Assembly: GCA_951406725.2 (NCBI GenBank)
Contig: OX597824.1
Span: 33,976,001 to 34,040,000, forward strand
Source: Octopus vulgaris
Taxonomy: Eukaryota
Direction: 5' to 3'
DNA: 64,000 nt
The notes beneath the pieces were generated by a model. The model saw nothing but the letters and a program-made list of their open reading frames with translations. It was not told the origin of the DNA and ran no database searches. Made by a program: the position numbers and the translations under genes. Positions 39,734-53,400 of the stretch are shown piece after piece. Each line of letters opens with the position of its first letter. The first letter of the stretch is position 1.

Positions 39734-40096
39734 TCTCTATATATATAAACGGCAAAATGTGTGTGTGTGTCCTTTATACAAATCCACAATTTTTCAGTTA
39801 GAGGGCTCGTACTTTCTATGTTCATTCAAAACCATCCAAGGGTGATCGTGCACATCTTTACATTTCCCCAGTCACCCCGCAAAGCCATTAAAAAATCAAT
39901 AGAACTGACTCTTTTGTGAATTTTCTATCCAAAACCCAATCAAAAATGCCCGAAACTTGATACGCCAATTGAATGCCAGCTAGCTATATGTGATTGGGCG
40001 GAGATTTGGACAGTACTCGTGTGTATGTGCGCACGCACGCAGCTGTATATGCATGCACTAGCACTATGACCCAGCAATGCTTGGTCATAGTGCTGA
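39734..40096 (+). mobile_element. Non-autonomous Helitron (second copy)
   Basis: Highly similar to 37942-38305; 3' CTAG mutated. Confidence 0.78.
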
Positions 40097-40241
40097 TACT
40101 GTAATAATCTGTTTGATTATTCTAAATATAATCACATGTTATGCTAGAATATGTTTGGTTTTGCTTGATAGACATGTTAGTAGATTAAAAAAAATTAAAA
40201 CTCTACATAGTAACAAACTTAAACTATTAATTTATTTTCAG

Positions 40242-40343
40242 ACTTTATTCGACTTTACTTGTTTATCGCGTCGTCAAAGAATTATTCAGAGAAACCGTAC
40301 TGAACGCCTTAGTGAATTGCTAGACTGGAAGAATCTTGGAGTT
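40242..40343 (+). CDS. GYS: Glycogen synthase exon (G6P-regulatory arginine cluster)
   Basis: ttttcag|[34 protein letters not shown]|gtaagt; 102 nt. Confidence 0.95.
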
Positions 40344-42811
40344 GTAAGTGCTTTCTTTTATAATTTTAAATGAAGTTTATTGTGGAATATTTATTCTAAT
40401 ACCAAAATATTTCTTAACTTCTTTCTAAGTATAAAATCTACACTTTATATTAGACACAACATTACGAAAAGAGGAGAAGCAATTTGCTTGCATTTTTATG
40501 TCTAATAAAAGATTAGTAATTAAAATTATCTTTTTCTTTTATCTTTTATTTGTTTCAGTCATTAGACTATGGCTATGCTGGAGCACTGCCTTGAATGATT
40601 TTTAGTTGAATGAATTGACTCAGTACTTATTATTTTTTTCAAACCTGGTACTTATTCTATCAGTCTCTTCTGCCGAACCACTAAGTTACATGCACATAAA
40701 TACACACATGATGAGCTTCTTTCAGTTTCCGTCAAATTCTACCAAATCCACTCACAAGGCTTTGGTTGACTTGACACTATAGTAGAAGACACTTGCCCAA
40801 GGTGCCATGCAGTGGGACTGAACCTGGAAGCATGTGTTTCGGAAGAAACATCTTACTGCACAGCCATGCCTGTGCGTGTTATTTCTCATTTTTGTTATTG
40901 AAAAAAACTAAATATATCACCAGCATTTTATTTGTTCAATTTTATTTTTAAAAAATAATAATTTTTTCATATTAGTTCAATGCTTCATGTTGTTGTTTAG
41001 TCACAGGTCAGCCTTGGCTTAGTAAACCTTTGACCAAATGTATTCCACCTGACTCAATAAACATGTGATAAATTGTATTCCAGCTGTGATTGCATAGGAT
41101 CAGAAGATCAAGGGTTCCAACCGTTACCAATCATCTTATTGTATGGGAAGGACTACTTTGTTCAAAGTACCTCTCTTTATTTAAGAAGGAAGATTTGGCT
41201 CCTTTTGTATTTTTTAGCTGGTTGTTAGAAAGAAAAGTCTGTGTGTGTGTATGTATGTGTGTTTATTTACGTATGACAGTTTCTTTGTTATTTCAAAACT
41301 GGATCTTGAAGAAAGAAGTTAGAAGCCTAAATTATCATCATCATTATCATCATCTTTTAATGTCCATCATCTAGTTTGGATAGTTTGACAGAATCTGATG
41401 CACCACAGGTCTGTGTCAAGCTTCAGTGTCTGCTTTGGTATGGTTTCTATGGCTTGATACCCATCCTAATACCAACCATTTTACAGAATGTACTGTTGCT
41501 TTTTCTCACGACACTGGCACCAGCAAGGTCACATTAACTCAAGATAGAAAAAAAAACCCTACTCAACTGAAGTGGGAGTGGATGTAATGGAAAGGGAAGT
41601 GATTTTATGCAAGGTGTTGAGAAACTAAACTTTGATTGAAAACACAGATACATGGTCAACCCACATCATATAAGGGTGGCTGAAAAAAAAGATAAAGATG
41701 ACAGTGATGAGGTGCCAGGCTGTACTCTCAAAGTACAAGGTGAATATGAGAGGGAAGTGGAACAGAGGACCTGGAAGAACCAGTGGATAAGGTTAGAAGA
41801 TTATGGGAGGGGAGAGTAGGGAATGGTGAACAAGGAGGGAGGTGAGCTTGATGGTAAATATTAGTTTGGGGTGGGAGACAAGAGAAATTGGAGTGGCTCT
41901 CAAAGAAGTTAAGTCACAGTACATAAAGTGAGACAGAGCTGCAATATAAAAAACTGCAGACAGATGAGAAATAGGGAGATGATGTGTGGGGTGGGGGAGT
42001 GAGGAGGAGAAAGAGGGAGACATACAGTGACAGAAATGGAAGTCAGAGATACATAGGGGTGGATATAATAAGAGAGAGTGTTGAGGATAAGATATGGTAG
42101 TCATAAGGGGTGGTAGCTCTGAGGAAAGGAAGTGATAACTGGTGGCATAGAAAGGGTGATCAGTGGAAAATAAAGTGGGATGGTAGCATGGAAAACGGAC
42201 ATTAAATGATGATCAATGGAAATAGTAGTTGTGATACCTGTGCCGGTAGCACATAAAAAGCACCATCCGAACATGGCCGTTGTCAGCGCCGCCTCGACTG
42301 GCTTCTGTGCTGGTGGCACATAAAAAGCACCATCCAAACGTGGCCGATGCCAGTGCCGCCTCGACTGGCTTCTGTGCCAGTGGCACATAAAAAGCAGCAT
42401 CCAAACGTGGCCAATGCCAGCGCCGCCTTGGCTGGCTTCCGTGCCGGTGGCACGTTAAAAGCACCAACCGATTGTGGCCGATGCCAGACTCCCCTGGCAC
42501 GTAAAAAGCATCCACTACACTCACGGAGTGGTTGGCGTTAGGAAGGGCATCCAGCTGTAGAAACACTGCCAGATCAGACTGGAGCTTGGTGCAGCCCCTG
42601 GCTTCCCAGACCCCAGTCAAACCGTCCAACCCGTGCTAGCGCGGTAAACGGACGTTAAACAATGATGATAATGATATATATATATATTTATTTATTTATT
42701 TATTCTAGGTGAGTTGCATTACTGTTTTAGTTTTAGGAGACTATCACTTAGTATTTTCTTCACAAATTCTGACATTCTTTTTAATGTATTTAATTGCATT
42801 ATTTTCTCCAG

Positions 42812-42883
42812 TATTATGTGAAAGCTCGTCGAATAGCACTTCATAAAACCCATCCAGAAATATTTAATGAAGACAGTTTAACC
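42812..42883 (+). CDS. GYS: Glycogen synthase exon
   Basis: ctccag|YYVKARRIALHKTHPEIFNEDSLT|gtgagt; 72 nt. Confidence 0.9.
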
Positions 42884-43265
42884 GTGAGTAATCAATGTTT
42901 GTTAATATTAAATGAAATTTAAATATGTTGTTAATTTTGATTTAGATATGTTGCTAATATTGATCAGATATTCAGTTTGTAATTAATATTGCATTAATCA
43001 AAGGTTAATTTTGTATATTTTAATGATTAGAAAGGAGACATTATAATTCTTTCTCTTTGTTTTTGTTTCATTTCTGTATCCATTCTCGTTTCAACACACA
43101 CAAATGCAATCATAATTTTGTCCTTTTTTACAATAATTTTTTTCTCAGAGATTATAGTTTTTTAGTAATTTTATAATTTATGTTGGTTGTTCTTTGTTGG
43201 AAATTGTAGAAATGTCTAGTTTGTTTCTGTTTTTGCTTTGACATTGTAAATCTTTTTCTTTTCAG

Positions 43266-43475
43266 GGTAAGAAGATCTTATTTCCACGTCCTCCATCTGA
43301 GCCCCCATCACCAGCCTCTTCTCGAGCCACAACACCAGTGCCAAGTGATGGGGAAGAAAATGATGATGGACATGATGAAGAGCAGGAAGAATTAGAGGCC
43401 AGAGTGCTTGGTTTAACAGTTAGCTCAGATGATGGGCAAAATGGGCTGAGTCCATCCGAACCAGATATTTCTTAA
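43266..43475 (+). CDS. GYS: Glycogen synthase terminal exon (phosphoregulatory tail)
   Basis: tttttcag|GKKILFPRPPSEPPSPASSRATTPVPSDGEE...EPDIS TAA; S/T-x-x-x-S/T ladder typical of GSK3 sites. Confidence 0.9.
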   Translation, partial: GKKILFPRPPSEPPSPASSRATTPVPSDGEENDDGHDEEQEELEARVLGLTVSSDDGQNGLSPSEPDIS

Positions 43476-45892
43476 CTATATCTTTTTCCAAAAGACTAAG
43501 AAATGTCTGATACTATTAGAATTTAATTAGGACTTAAGAAATTTTATCATGTTTCAAATTATATTTAAGATATGTTAGTGATTTTAGTGATGTGAAAATA
43601 TTTTATTCTCCTATGTTATGGCACTTTTACTACTGTTTTTATTGTATGCAATTTCTCCTCTAACCCTCGATTAACAAAAGCAACAGTTATTTTTTTTATT
43701 GTATCAACCAATTTCTAGTTACAGTGAAAAGAAAGAGAAATTATTATAGTTCAAAAATGATTATATCTCGCTGGAGATGGTTGCTTAAACTGTTTGCTTC
43801 TGTTCAAAACAATTTTTTTTTTGACGATTTTTTGATGATTTTTAGAAATTTCATTGATGTTTTTTTTCTCCTCCTTGTGGAATCGTTAAATCCAACGTTG
43901 ACCATTTTGTTGGTATTGGCTGTGTGATCCTAGAACATGTTCTCTGATTTTTAGATTCTTTTCTTGCTATAATAACAGAATTACCTGGAACATGACTAAA
44001 TTATCAAAACCATGTGAAAAAGATTTTTGAAATATAATTTCCTGATTGTTAATATTATTTATTATACCGAAAATAAATTTTTATCCATGAACAGTTAACC
44101 AGTCCTCAGGTATGTTGGGCAGTTTATAGTCCTATTATTGCTTGTAGACCAATCAACTAGTCGATGGACTTTTGTTTTTTGTTTTTTTTCCGCTTGAAAT
44201 GTTTCTCAATATATGATTTTTCTCTGTAAGGCAGTGAACTAGCAGAATCGTTTGCAAACTGGACAAAATGCTTAGCAGCATTTTTGTAAGCATTTTGTCT
44301 ATCTTTACATTCTCAGTTCAAATTCCATCAAGGCCAACTTTGCCTTTCATCCTTTCAGGGTTGATAAAATAAGTACCAGTTGAGCACTGGGGTCGATGTA
44401 ATCGGCTTATCTCTTCTGTTTCTGGCCGTGTGCCAAAATTCGAAACCAGTGTATGATTTATCTCTATGTATTGAATCATGAAAAAAAAAAACGTTTTTAG
44501 TGTTGCTGATTAGACAGAAAAATGTTTACTTTACTTGTTAACCTTCTGGTAAAAGAAAAAAGACAAAAAAGACAACTATTTGCTCTTGTTAATTACTGGA
44601 CAAACTGAACAGATATTAATCTGTCAACTTGAACACTAAATAGATCTTCTGTAGTCAACAACAGTTTGTTGCTAATTATATAGTTGAGTTTCCATTATCA
44701 AATATACTAAAAACAATCAATTCTTCAAACTATTCATCCAACAATTAACTGTTTTTTTTGCTTTTTTTCAAGCTTCAGATATGATTTACTTTTTCTTTAC
44801 AATAATTCAAAATATTCAATTCTACTGATTTAAATGAATTTAAAGCATAAAGTGTATGAGAATGGCCAAGTAAATAATAGATGATTTTTTTTTTCAAAAA
44901 ATACATTTAATTTTGTAAAATACTGCACAAAACAAAAAAATAAAAAAAAAATTCTATTTCTGAACATATTTTTTGACCCCAGATATTTTCAAATGGACAT
45001 TCATTGTCATTTATTCACTGTATAATAAGACCTCTCTCTCTTCCTCCCTCTTTCTTTCCCTTCCTCCCTTCTCGCTTTCTTTCTCTCCACCCTCCCTCTC
45101 TCACACACGCTTTATTTACACAAGTAATTTTGAAGATTATTTACTGTAATATTCAATGATTCTTAATGAAAAAAAAAACCCAGTTGAGTTCACTCAAAAA
45201 GGTAGCAAAAAATGCCCAAAATTCTTTTCAGTTTTCCTTTGAACTTAGAAAATTATAATAAAACAAGTGCTGTATTATGTCTTTATAAATATGGAAAGTA
45301 CCCAATCACAAATGTCTATAACTTTTTTTTTATGGGGAGGGAACATTACTGTGCTGATTGGCATCTTGTATGAATGTCAATGTGTTTGAACCTTAAGCAA
45401 ACACGTGTGTGTGTGTGTATTTGAATTTACAGGTATAAAGTTTATTCATTTATTCAAAGATGCATTTTTCTTCTGGATTCAAACAAAAAAAAACCTCATG
45501 GATATCTTATTTAATATGTTAGTATGAGTTGTTGACAGTGCTTATCCCCAAATTAGTTGTGAAAGTGCAGATCTATAGCATGTTAATAGCATGTAGACTA
45601 GGTATGAGATGCTGATCCCTTGCTCGGGATATATTATAATTCTGTCTAAAAAAATCACATACAGTGATTTATTATACAGAGTACCACGTTAGAGTGTAAG
45701 CATACTGCTTTATTATTCCTTGTGACCCAATCTCAGTTTTGTGAAGCCTGTAGGTTGTGGTGGTGGCTAATAGAAAAGTCAGAAGACAAAATGCAATAGA
45801 TGCTGTTCCTCATCACTTATCATTAGTGACATTCACCCCTGGACAGTGTTATGGGCTAATGAAGTTATTAATTAATGTTGTTTCTATTTGTT

Positions 45893-47280
45893 TCATCATC
45901 ATCGTTTAACGTTCATCTTCCATGCATGCATGGGTAGGATGGTTCACAGGAGCTGGCCAGGTAGAAATGCTACCTTATGCTACTGTGTGTTTTGGCAAGG
46001 TTTTTACAGCTGGATGCCCTTCCTAACACCAACCACTCTGCAGAGTGGGTCAGTGCTTTTTATGTGGCACTAGAACAGGCAAGGTTAGTTTTGACATGAT
46101 TTTCACAGCTGGATGCCCTTCCAAATGCCAACCACTTCACAGTGTGGACTGGATGCTTTTTATGTGGCACCAGTACTGGCAGAGTCACCAAGTAACTTGC
46201 AAGACAAGGAACTATGAAAGGAGTAGGGACATTTGAGGAGGGGAACTCATGTCAGAGAGTGAAATGTTAGAGGGTACAAAGAGACAGGGAGGCAGAAACA
46301 GGTGTCTTGCTATAAAGGAAGGAGCATTGGAGGAGGTGGTCCAGTATCAGATGATGAAAGGTTAGTGTGACAGAAAAATAGGGAGGCGGAAATAGGTGTC
46401 TTGTTACAAAGGGGATACATGGTTACCCAGAGAGAAAGAGCAAACAAGAATGAGGGCAGAAATATGTGTGCTGCTGTAGAGGAGATATATGGCTAGCCAG
46501 CCAGAGGGAAGAGTGAGGGAAAGATAGAGGGAGTAGGAAACAGCAAAAGTGTAAGAGAGAGCACGAGAGAGATGGTGAAGTGGCAGGGTATACTCACAAG
46601 AAGAAAGGGTCAGAGCATAGATGGGATGGTAGAGTAAAGAATGAAGAGGTATGATGGTCGTAATATGCACAGTCAGGTGTTGCCAAGAAGGTGCAAGTGG
46701 GGATTGCAGTGACTGGTGAAAACCTGGGTAGTGGACAGTGTGGGCAGGAAAGGGGATTTGAAGACAATTAGTTTATGAAGAGGAAATGTGAAGAAAAGAA
46801 AGGTGCTGTTTAGAAGAGATGTAATTTGGTTTCTTGAGGTATTGTGTGTGAAAAGTTTGTTGTTACATGTGGGTAGGACACAACACTTCGAGCACTCAGT
46901 TTTGCTGATGTGGGCCGATCTTCTCGAGAACCTCATAAACATCTCAGTCCATTGTCATTTCCTCCATGAGCCCCAGCATCCTAAGATCAGTCCTCACCAC
47001 TTCATCCCATGTTTTCCTGGGTCTCTCTTTTCCACAGGTTTCATTTACTTTCAGTGACTGACACTTCTCTATACAGCTGTCTTCACACATGCGCATCATA
47101 TGTCCAAACCAATGCATTCTCCTCTCCTGCATGCTACATTTAATCCCTCTTGTGCGTAACTTTTCTCTCAAAACAGTTGTGCTTTGTTGGTCATGTACAC
47201 TGATGTTGCATACCACCTTCATTCCTCTCCAGTCAACACATGTCCTGTGCAGTCATAGCCCATGTCTCACTACCATGTAA
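45893..47280 (-). mobile_element. RTE LINE 3' fragment
   Basis: QERRMHWFGHMMRM...RPRKTWDEVV, followed by 3' UTR and a (GAT)n tail near 45895. Confidence 0.8.
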
Positions 47281-47865
47281 TATAGCCATTCTGTTTGTGT
47301 GTGTGTTTTATACCTTTCTGCACTGAATAGATAGATATTTGGGTCATAGGAAAATTCTCTGTAAGAAATTTTGTTTTAAATGACCTCATCACATTATTTT
47401 TAATATTTGATATTGAATAAAAGACTTGGCTATTTAATGCTTTTATAAAACCTTTCATCATCTTTTTTTGATATTTTAAAAAGTACTGATGTAATACGCT
47501 TTATCATTGCCCATATGACAAATTTTCCAATACAGCGAAATTTCTTACAGTGAATTTTCTGGACACAAGATATTTCTTGGTATTGTTTAGTAAGGAAGAA
47601 ATAAGAAATTCAGAAAAAAGAGCTTCATTTACTGCTACAGATCCAAGATATATGCCAGTGGCTTACAAATTAGTTCTTTTTTTTAGCATATTTAATTAGA
47701 TTAGTTGAACCAAATTTTTGGCAACCCCAAATCTCTTGAAGTTTTTGATCGATTATTTTGGAGTATTTGCTTGCAGGGCATCAATACAGGTCATGTTTTA
47801 GTCATTGTATACAATTTTCAGTTATTGCATCTAGATAACTCTGTGTGTGTGTGTATCTATCTATC

Positions 47866-47898
<33 letters not shown>

Positions 47899-48826
47899 AA
47901 TTGGATAGATGCTTGAACAGGTAAGTTTCAAAGTATCAAATCATTTTATAACATATTGAAGAGAGATATATTAATATATGTTAAAATATAGCAGGAAACC
48001 AGCAAAAATCTGAAAAGTGAAAGTCCATAATGATTCAGGTGACGAATTCATTCTAGGATGAGGAAGACAAAAAATGTCCTTGATGTTGATTTGACCTAGA
48101 CAGGTAAGTAAGATCAATACTGTCACAGGTGAAAAATCTGCAATTGGTGAAAATGAAGTCTGTAGGTAGTATTTTACAGCTGTTTCTAGAATAGGTTCAT
48201 ATTTGGTGCAGATTTATGCATATTGTGTACAGCAAAAAATTATGTTATGCAACTTATTCGTTCATCAAAAGAAGAATGCCTATAGCTGCAGGAAAAATTG
48301 AATGTCAGAAAAGAGAGATGGATAGATTAATGGCCTAGCTGGAAGAGGACGTATTTCACCTGCCGTTACGTTCTGAGTTCAAATTCCGCCGAGGTCGACT
48401 TTGTCTTTCATCCTTTCGGGGTCGATAAATTAAGTACCAGTTGCGCACTGGAGTCAATGTAATCGACTTAATCCGTTTGTCTGTCCCTTCTGTGTTTAGC
48501 CCCTTGTGGGTAGTAAAGAAATAGGTATGGAGAAGAAGGAAGTGGGGAAGATATGAGAATTGATACAGCCTTAAAGTTGGGAAAGGTAAGGAATAAAGGA
48601 GAATCTTGTGGGTGGGAGCGGGAAAAGATTGGCAAATCTATGAAGGTTTTGTACTGGGTGGTTGGTCAAGACATGTTTAGATGTGATGAATTGGAGAGAT
48701 ATGTTTAGAGCTTAAAATGGGGAAGAAAGAGCTAATAAAGTAAGAGAAGACATTTGGATTTGTATAAGATGCCCCATAAAGTGTTCTGTCTAGCATGAAG
48801 ATGGCTGGTATTTGTCAGGTTAAGAA

Positions 48827-49090
48827 GGTGGCGAGCTGGCAGAATCGTTAGCACACCGGGTGAAATGCTTAGTGGTATTTCATCTGCCACCACGTTCTGA
48901 GTTCAAATTCCGCGGAGGTCAACTTTGCCTTTCATCCTTTCAGGGTCGATTAAATAGGTACCAGTTATGCACTGGGGTCGATGTAATCGATTTTGTCCGT
49001 TTGTCTGTTCTTGTTTGTCCCCTCTATGTTTCGCCCCTTGTGGGCAATAAAGAATCATATATTTAGCCCCTTGTGGGCAGTAAGGAAATA
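48827..49090 (+). mobile_element. Family B SINE with 20-bp target-site duplication
   Basis: ggtatttgtcaggttaagaa occurs at 48807-48826 and 49091-49110. Confidence 0.88.
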
Positions 49091-49371
49091 GGTATTTGTC
49101 AGGTTAAGAATACTGGTTATGAATTTAATTGAGACAATAAATCAAGGATGTTAAGAAGGAATTTAACAGTGTGAGCTTGATTGTTGAGTAATAACAGGAC
49201 CCGAGTTGTGGTAAATGGGAAACTGCTTTATGTGATAAGGGCCATGTAACAGATTTCTTGGTTGTGATGAGGAAAGAGAGCTTAGAGAAGCTAGTGATGA
49301 CCAGAAAGATTGAAGGGAAAAGAAGCATGGATGTCAAGCTTGACGAATTGGTTGGAAGAAAGAGGCATTAA

Positions 49372-49592
49372 CCCATTAGTGTTCGCATTATTCTGCCAAA
49401 ATTAATGCTCTTTTATCCACCTTGTTTTGAACTAATCACGCATTATCTTGTAGCGATGAGATTTTGATGAGGTAGCTGTTAATTTTTAAAACGATATTGT
49501 AGGGTTGGTGTGAGAGACCAGATCTGGCCAGTTTGAACATAAAACAGGCAGAATACTTGTGGCCGGATATGGCCGGTTTAAATGCTAAAGGG
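49372..49592. mobile_element. piggyBac-like MITE
   Basis: TTAA|CCCATTAG...CTAAAGGG|TTAA. Confidence 0.8.
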
Positions 49593-50464
49593 TTAAACAT
49601 CGGGAAGTGTAACTGTTATAGAGAACAAAGAATAGAATTGTGACAGGACATGATCACCTATGTCCTACATTCTGGACATGGCACCTAGAAATAAAGATAC
49701 CAATGAAAATAGGTCAGACTGTGATAACTGAGTGTGATCTAATGTTTGAAAGTATAAGGTAATGAATAAGTTGAGAGAATTAAAGGCCCTACTAATCAGA
49801 TGGTGAGAAGCATGTAGAGCTAGACTAGGCATGATATATTAATCTACAGTAAAACCAGAAAGATTAGAGGAACTGAAGAATGCAAGTGGTAATAGATCCA
49901 CTTTTGCAGTTCAAAAGGGAATGAGAGCCTTCGTGCCGATGGCACGTTAAGCACACCATTCAAGTGTGATTGTTACCGTGTCGCCTTACTAGCACTTGTG
50001 CTAGTGGCATGTGAAATATTCAAGCGAGGTCGCCGCTGGACTGGCTCCTCTGCAGGTGGCACGTAAAAAGCACCATTTGGGCGTGGCCGTTGCCAGTACC
50101 ACCAAACTGGCATGTAAAAGCACCCACTACACTCAGTGGTTGGCATTAGGAAGGGCATCCAGCTGTAGAAACTCTGCCAGATCAGATTGGAGTCTGGTTC
50201 GCCAGAACTCAGTCAAATCGTCCAACCCATGCTAGCATGGAAAGCGGACGTTAAACGATGATGATGATTTCAATAGATTCCTAATTGCATAGATCACAAG
50301 GTGCTCTGCTAACCTGAGAAGGCCTAACCATTCTGATGATTGATTAGTTGATGCTATCGGTGGGGAAATGTTATTCTTGAGATGGTGTATCTTGTTAGCT
50401 CATGAGGTGAAGTTTTGTTTTGCATAAGTAAACCAGCTATGATGAGCTAAAAATCAATGCTTAA

Positions 50465-50655
50465 CCCTTTTGTTACTGTATTTATTTTGAGATGCTCTGT
50501 GTTTCTTTCAATTACTTTAAATATAACATTAAGCTAGTGTTAGGAACATAAATTGTGACTAAGGTTTGATGGCAGATTTTAAGTCAAACCTTATGAAAAC
50601 AAGATATTTGTGTTCAGAGCCAGAGCCAGTTTCGGCCAGGCTGGTAATGAAAGGG
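50465..50655. mobile_element. piggyBac-like MITE
   Basis: TTAA|CCCTTTTGTTAC...GTAATGAAAGGG|TTAA. Confidence 0.8.
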
Positions 50656-50679
50656 TTAAAATTAGCTGAGGATCCAACG

Positions 50680-51430
50680 TATGAAGTCTGATAAATAAGT
50701 ATCCAGACTGTTGCCATAGTAATGAAGCTAAAGTATGCAGAGTGAAGCTACTTGAGAAAGATTGACCTTGAACTCAGCTGTGCATGTGCATTAAGTTTTA
50801 ACATTCCAGCTCACTTCCGCTTTTTACAGCAGTGCTTCAAAGGAAGGTGTGTAGTGTGTGATCATTGCATTGACCATGACAGAGAAAGTTGTCATGACAA
50901 TACGTGCTCAGAGGCCTAGGCAAAGTTGCAGAAAGTGTATGGAGAGGAGTGTATGAGTCACACACAAGTGATTCCAAGATGGCCAAAACAATGTCAATAT
51001 TGATGAACGTTCTGTGAGACCCACAACCAGCAGAACTGAGAAAAACATCACAAATGTGTGTACAGCTGTGAGGGGAAATCATTGAATCACAATTCGTAGT
51101 TATCAGAGGATGTGCAGATTAGTTACGGTTCAGTTCAGTCCATTATCACTGAAGATTTGGGTATGATACATGTCTGCCAAGTTTGAGTCAAAACTGCTTT
51201 CAATTGATCAAAAAGATTCTCAGGTTTCAGTTGCACAAGATCTTGATTGTGTCGAGAATGATGAAAACAAATTTTGAAAACTTTGCATAGTCCTCTGAGC
51301 AGGTATTGCCAAGCTCTTTGCAAAATTTGATGCAGATTCTCTGCTCAACTTACTGTCATGGTCAATGCAACAATCACATGCTACACACCTTCCTTCCAAG
51401 CACAGCAGAAGTGAGTGAGAACATTAAAAC
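50680..51430 (+). mobile_element. mariner transposase N-terminal relic with inverted subterminal repeats
   Basis: FQDG.NNVNIDERS.RPTTSRTEKNI...VQISYGSVQSIITEDLGM..SAKF..KLLS.DQK (mariner HTH/linker); 50795-50881 is inverted at ~51352-51430. Confidence 0.78.
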
Positions 51431-51474
51431 TCTCTCTATTCTGACATTCTATTTTTCCTGCAGCTATAGGCATT

Positions 51475-51570
51475 CTTCTTCTGATGAATGAATAAGTTGC
51501 ATAACATAACTTTTTGCTGCACATATCTGCACCAAATATGAACCTATTCTAGAAACAGCTGTAAAATACT
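51475..51570 (+). ncRNA. Degenerate type-I hammerhead motif
   Basis: CUGAUGA 51481-51487, stem II gaauaaguu/aaccuauuc, GAAA 51552-51555, palindromic stem III ACAGCUGU, GUA. Stem I is weak; the mirror copy near 48.2 kb has core C>U. Confidence 0.6.
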
Positions 51571-52639
51571 ACCTACAGACTTCATTTTCATCAATTGAAG
51601 GGTTTTCACCTGTGAAAACCACCTGTGAAGGGTTTTCACCTGTGACAGTATTGATCTTACTTACCTATCTTGGTCAAATCAACATCAAGGACGTTTTTTT
51701 TTCCTCACCCTAGAATGTACTTGTTATTTGAATCATTATGACATTTTACTTTTAGGGCTCTTCCTAGTTTCCTGCTATATTTTAACATATATTTATACTT
51801 CTCTCTTCAATATGTTATAAATTGATTTGATACCTTGAGACAACCTGTTCATGCATTTATTTTATTATACTTCAGCATATAGCCAAATTTTATTTTTGGT
51901 AGATCCTGCACTCAGTGCCAATGTTTTGGTATTTGTTTTGGCTTAAGCTCTCATTATATGTACCTATCACCTATTTGTCCTTCAACATCTTACCAACCAT
52001 ATATATATATATATATAAAGAGTTTTTGTCACGAATTCTCGATACAGTCACAATATTTGAAGAAAGATTTTCTTTAATTAAAACCCATTAATTATATTGG
52101 TGCAGGCATGGCTGTGTGATAAGAAGTTTGCTTCCTAACTCAATAGTTCTGGGTGCAGTCCCACTGTATGGCACCTTGGGCAAGTGTCTTCTGCTTTAGC
52201 CTAGAGCTGACCACAGCCTTGTGATGAGTGGATTTGTTAGATGGAAACTGAAAGACCATCATATATATGTGTGTGTCTGTCATTCTCTGCTCCCCGCCTC
52301 CACTGCTGCTTCACAGCTGGTGTTCATGTGTTTCTGTCTCCATAACTTAACTGTTCAACAAAAGAGCCTGATAGACTAAGTACTTGGCTTGAAAAATAAT
52401 AAGTGCTGGCATTGATGTATTCAATTAAAATTCTTCAAGGTAGTACCCCAGCATGGCTGAAGTTGAATGTCTGAAACAAGTAAAAGATAGAAGATATAAA
52501 AAAAGATTCTTTAAAATCAAAATAGAGTGTCATTAACCTTTCTGAAGGATAGTTTCTTATTGTGCATAAGAGTTTTCACTTTTCAGACACATGTTATGGA
52601 GTAGTCCGTATACAAGAAGTTGTTCTTAGTAGTGGTATT

Positions 52640-53400
52640 GACTATTTCCAGTTCAGCTTTGGATTTAGAATTCTCATAAAATATTCTTTTGCCTTTCGTA
52701 GTTGATCATTTTCTTACTTTATTTTACAAAAATTAAATATTTTGATTTTTGTCATTTGCTCAAATGTCGGAGTGTTCACTACATGGAACATTTCTAAGAA
52801 TGTGTCTTTGATTTTTTGCTTATATATCCTAACCTAAGATATACATTTTGATCCTGTTTAGTTGATATCGTTTTCACTGCATTGTGGGCAGGCATGCAAT
52901 AAATGAAAACTTTTTGTTTTGTGACTCATATTTGAATTAACCTTCAATTCTTTCCTATTCTTGAATATTTTGGTTGTTCCCTGCCACATTCATTTTACAC
53001 GTCTTGCAATGAGGACCTCCACAACTTGTTACTAATGCTATTTCTATTACTGATGTGATTTTTGCCTTTGTTAACAGTCTTTTAAGATTTGGTTGTTGTC
53101 TTTGGCTGTTGATAATTTGTGATTCTTTAATTATTTTTCTGAGGTTTCACAGTTGATGTAGAGTTGGAAGGTGTTGTTTGGCCAAAAGTAAGATATTATG
53201 GTTCCTAGGATTGTGGGTGACTACGAATGGAATATTTATGCTTTGTTTTTGCCTTTGCTCTCATTGTGAGGGATTATCCAAAGGACAGAGAATGCCTTGG
53301 TAATGGCATGATTTAGTAAGTTTTGTGGGTATTTTCTTTTCTCTGAAGGAATATTTATAGTTCTACAAGTCACTTCTCACCTTTTTGTGGAAACAGAAAA
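52640..53400 (-). mobile_element. Penelope-like element relic (Neptune-type linker plus GIY-YIG)
   Basis: IPFVVTHNPRN..HLPTL..IINSQRQQPNLKRLLTKAK..CGGPHCKTC..VPCSEH..RKAKE.F..LNPKLN; frameshifted. Confidence 0.75.

Larger units (their letters stand above)
12521..43475 (+). other. GYS: Glycogen synthase gene (GT3 family), 14 coding exons in window, 5'-partial
   Basis: The spliced exons give 1982 nt in one continuous frame (plus 1 nt from an upstream exon), ending at TAA 43473-43475. Motifs: (K)[48 protein letters not shown]. All introns are GT-AG and phase-compatible. Confidence 0.97.
47914..51998. mobile_element. Old, large fold-back Penelope-like insertion with nested elements
   Basis: Diverged inverted arms 47914-48318 / 51431-51850, hammerhead motif in the arms, unique tail to (TA)n at ~52000. 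The spacer holds SINEs, MITEs and a mariner. Confidence 0.7.

Noticed and set aside
52540-52600. Possible hammerhead downstream of the Neptune-type relic (minus strand)
   Set aside because: The core reads CUGAAAA and stems I/III do not pair; too degenerate to call.
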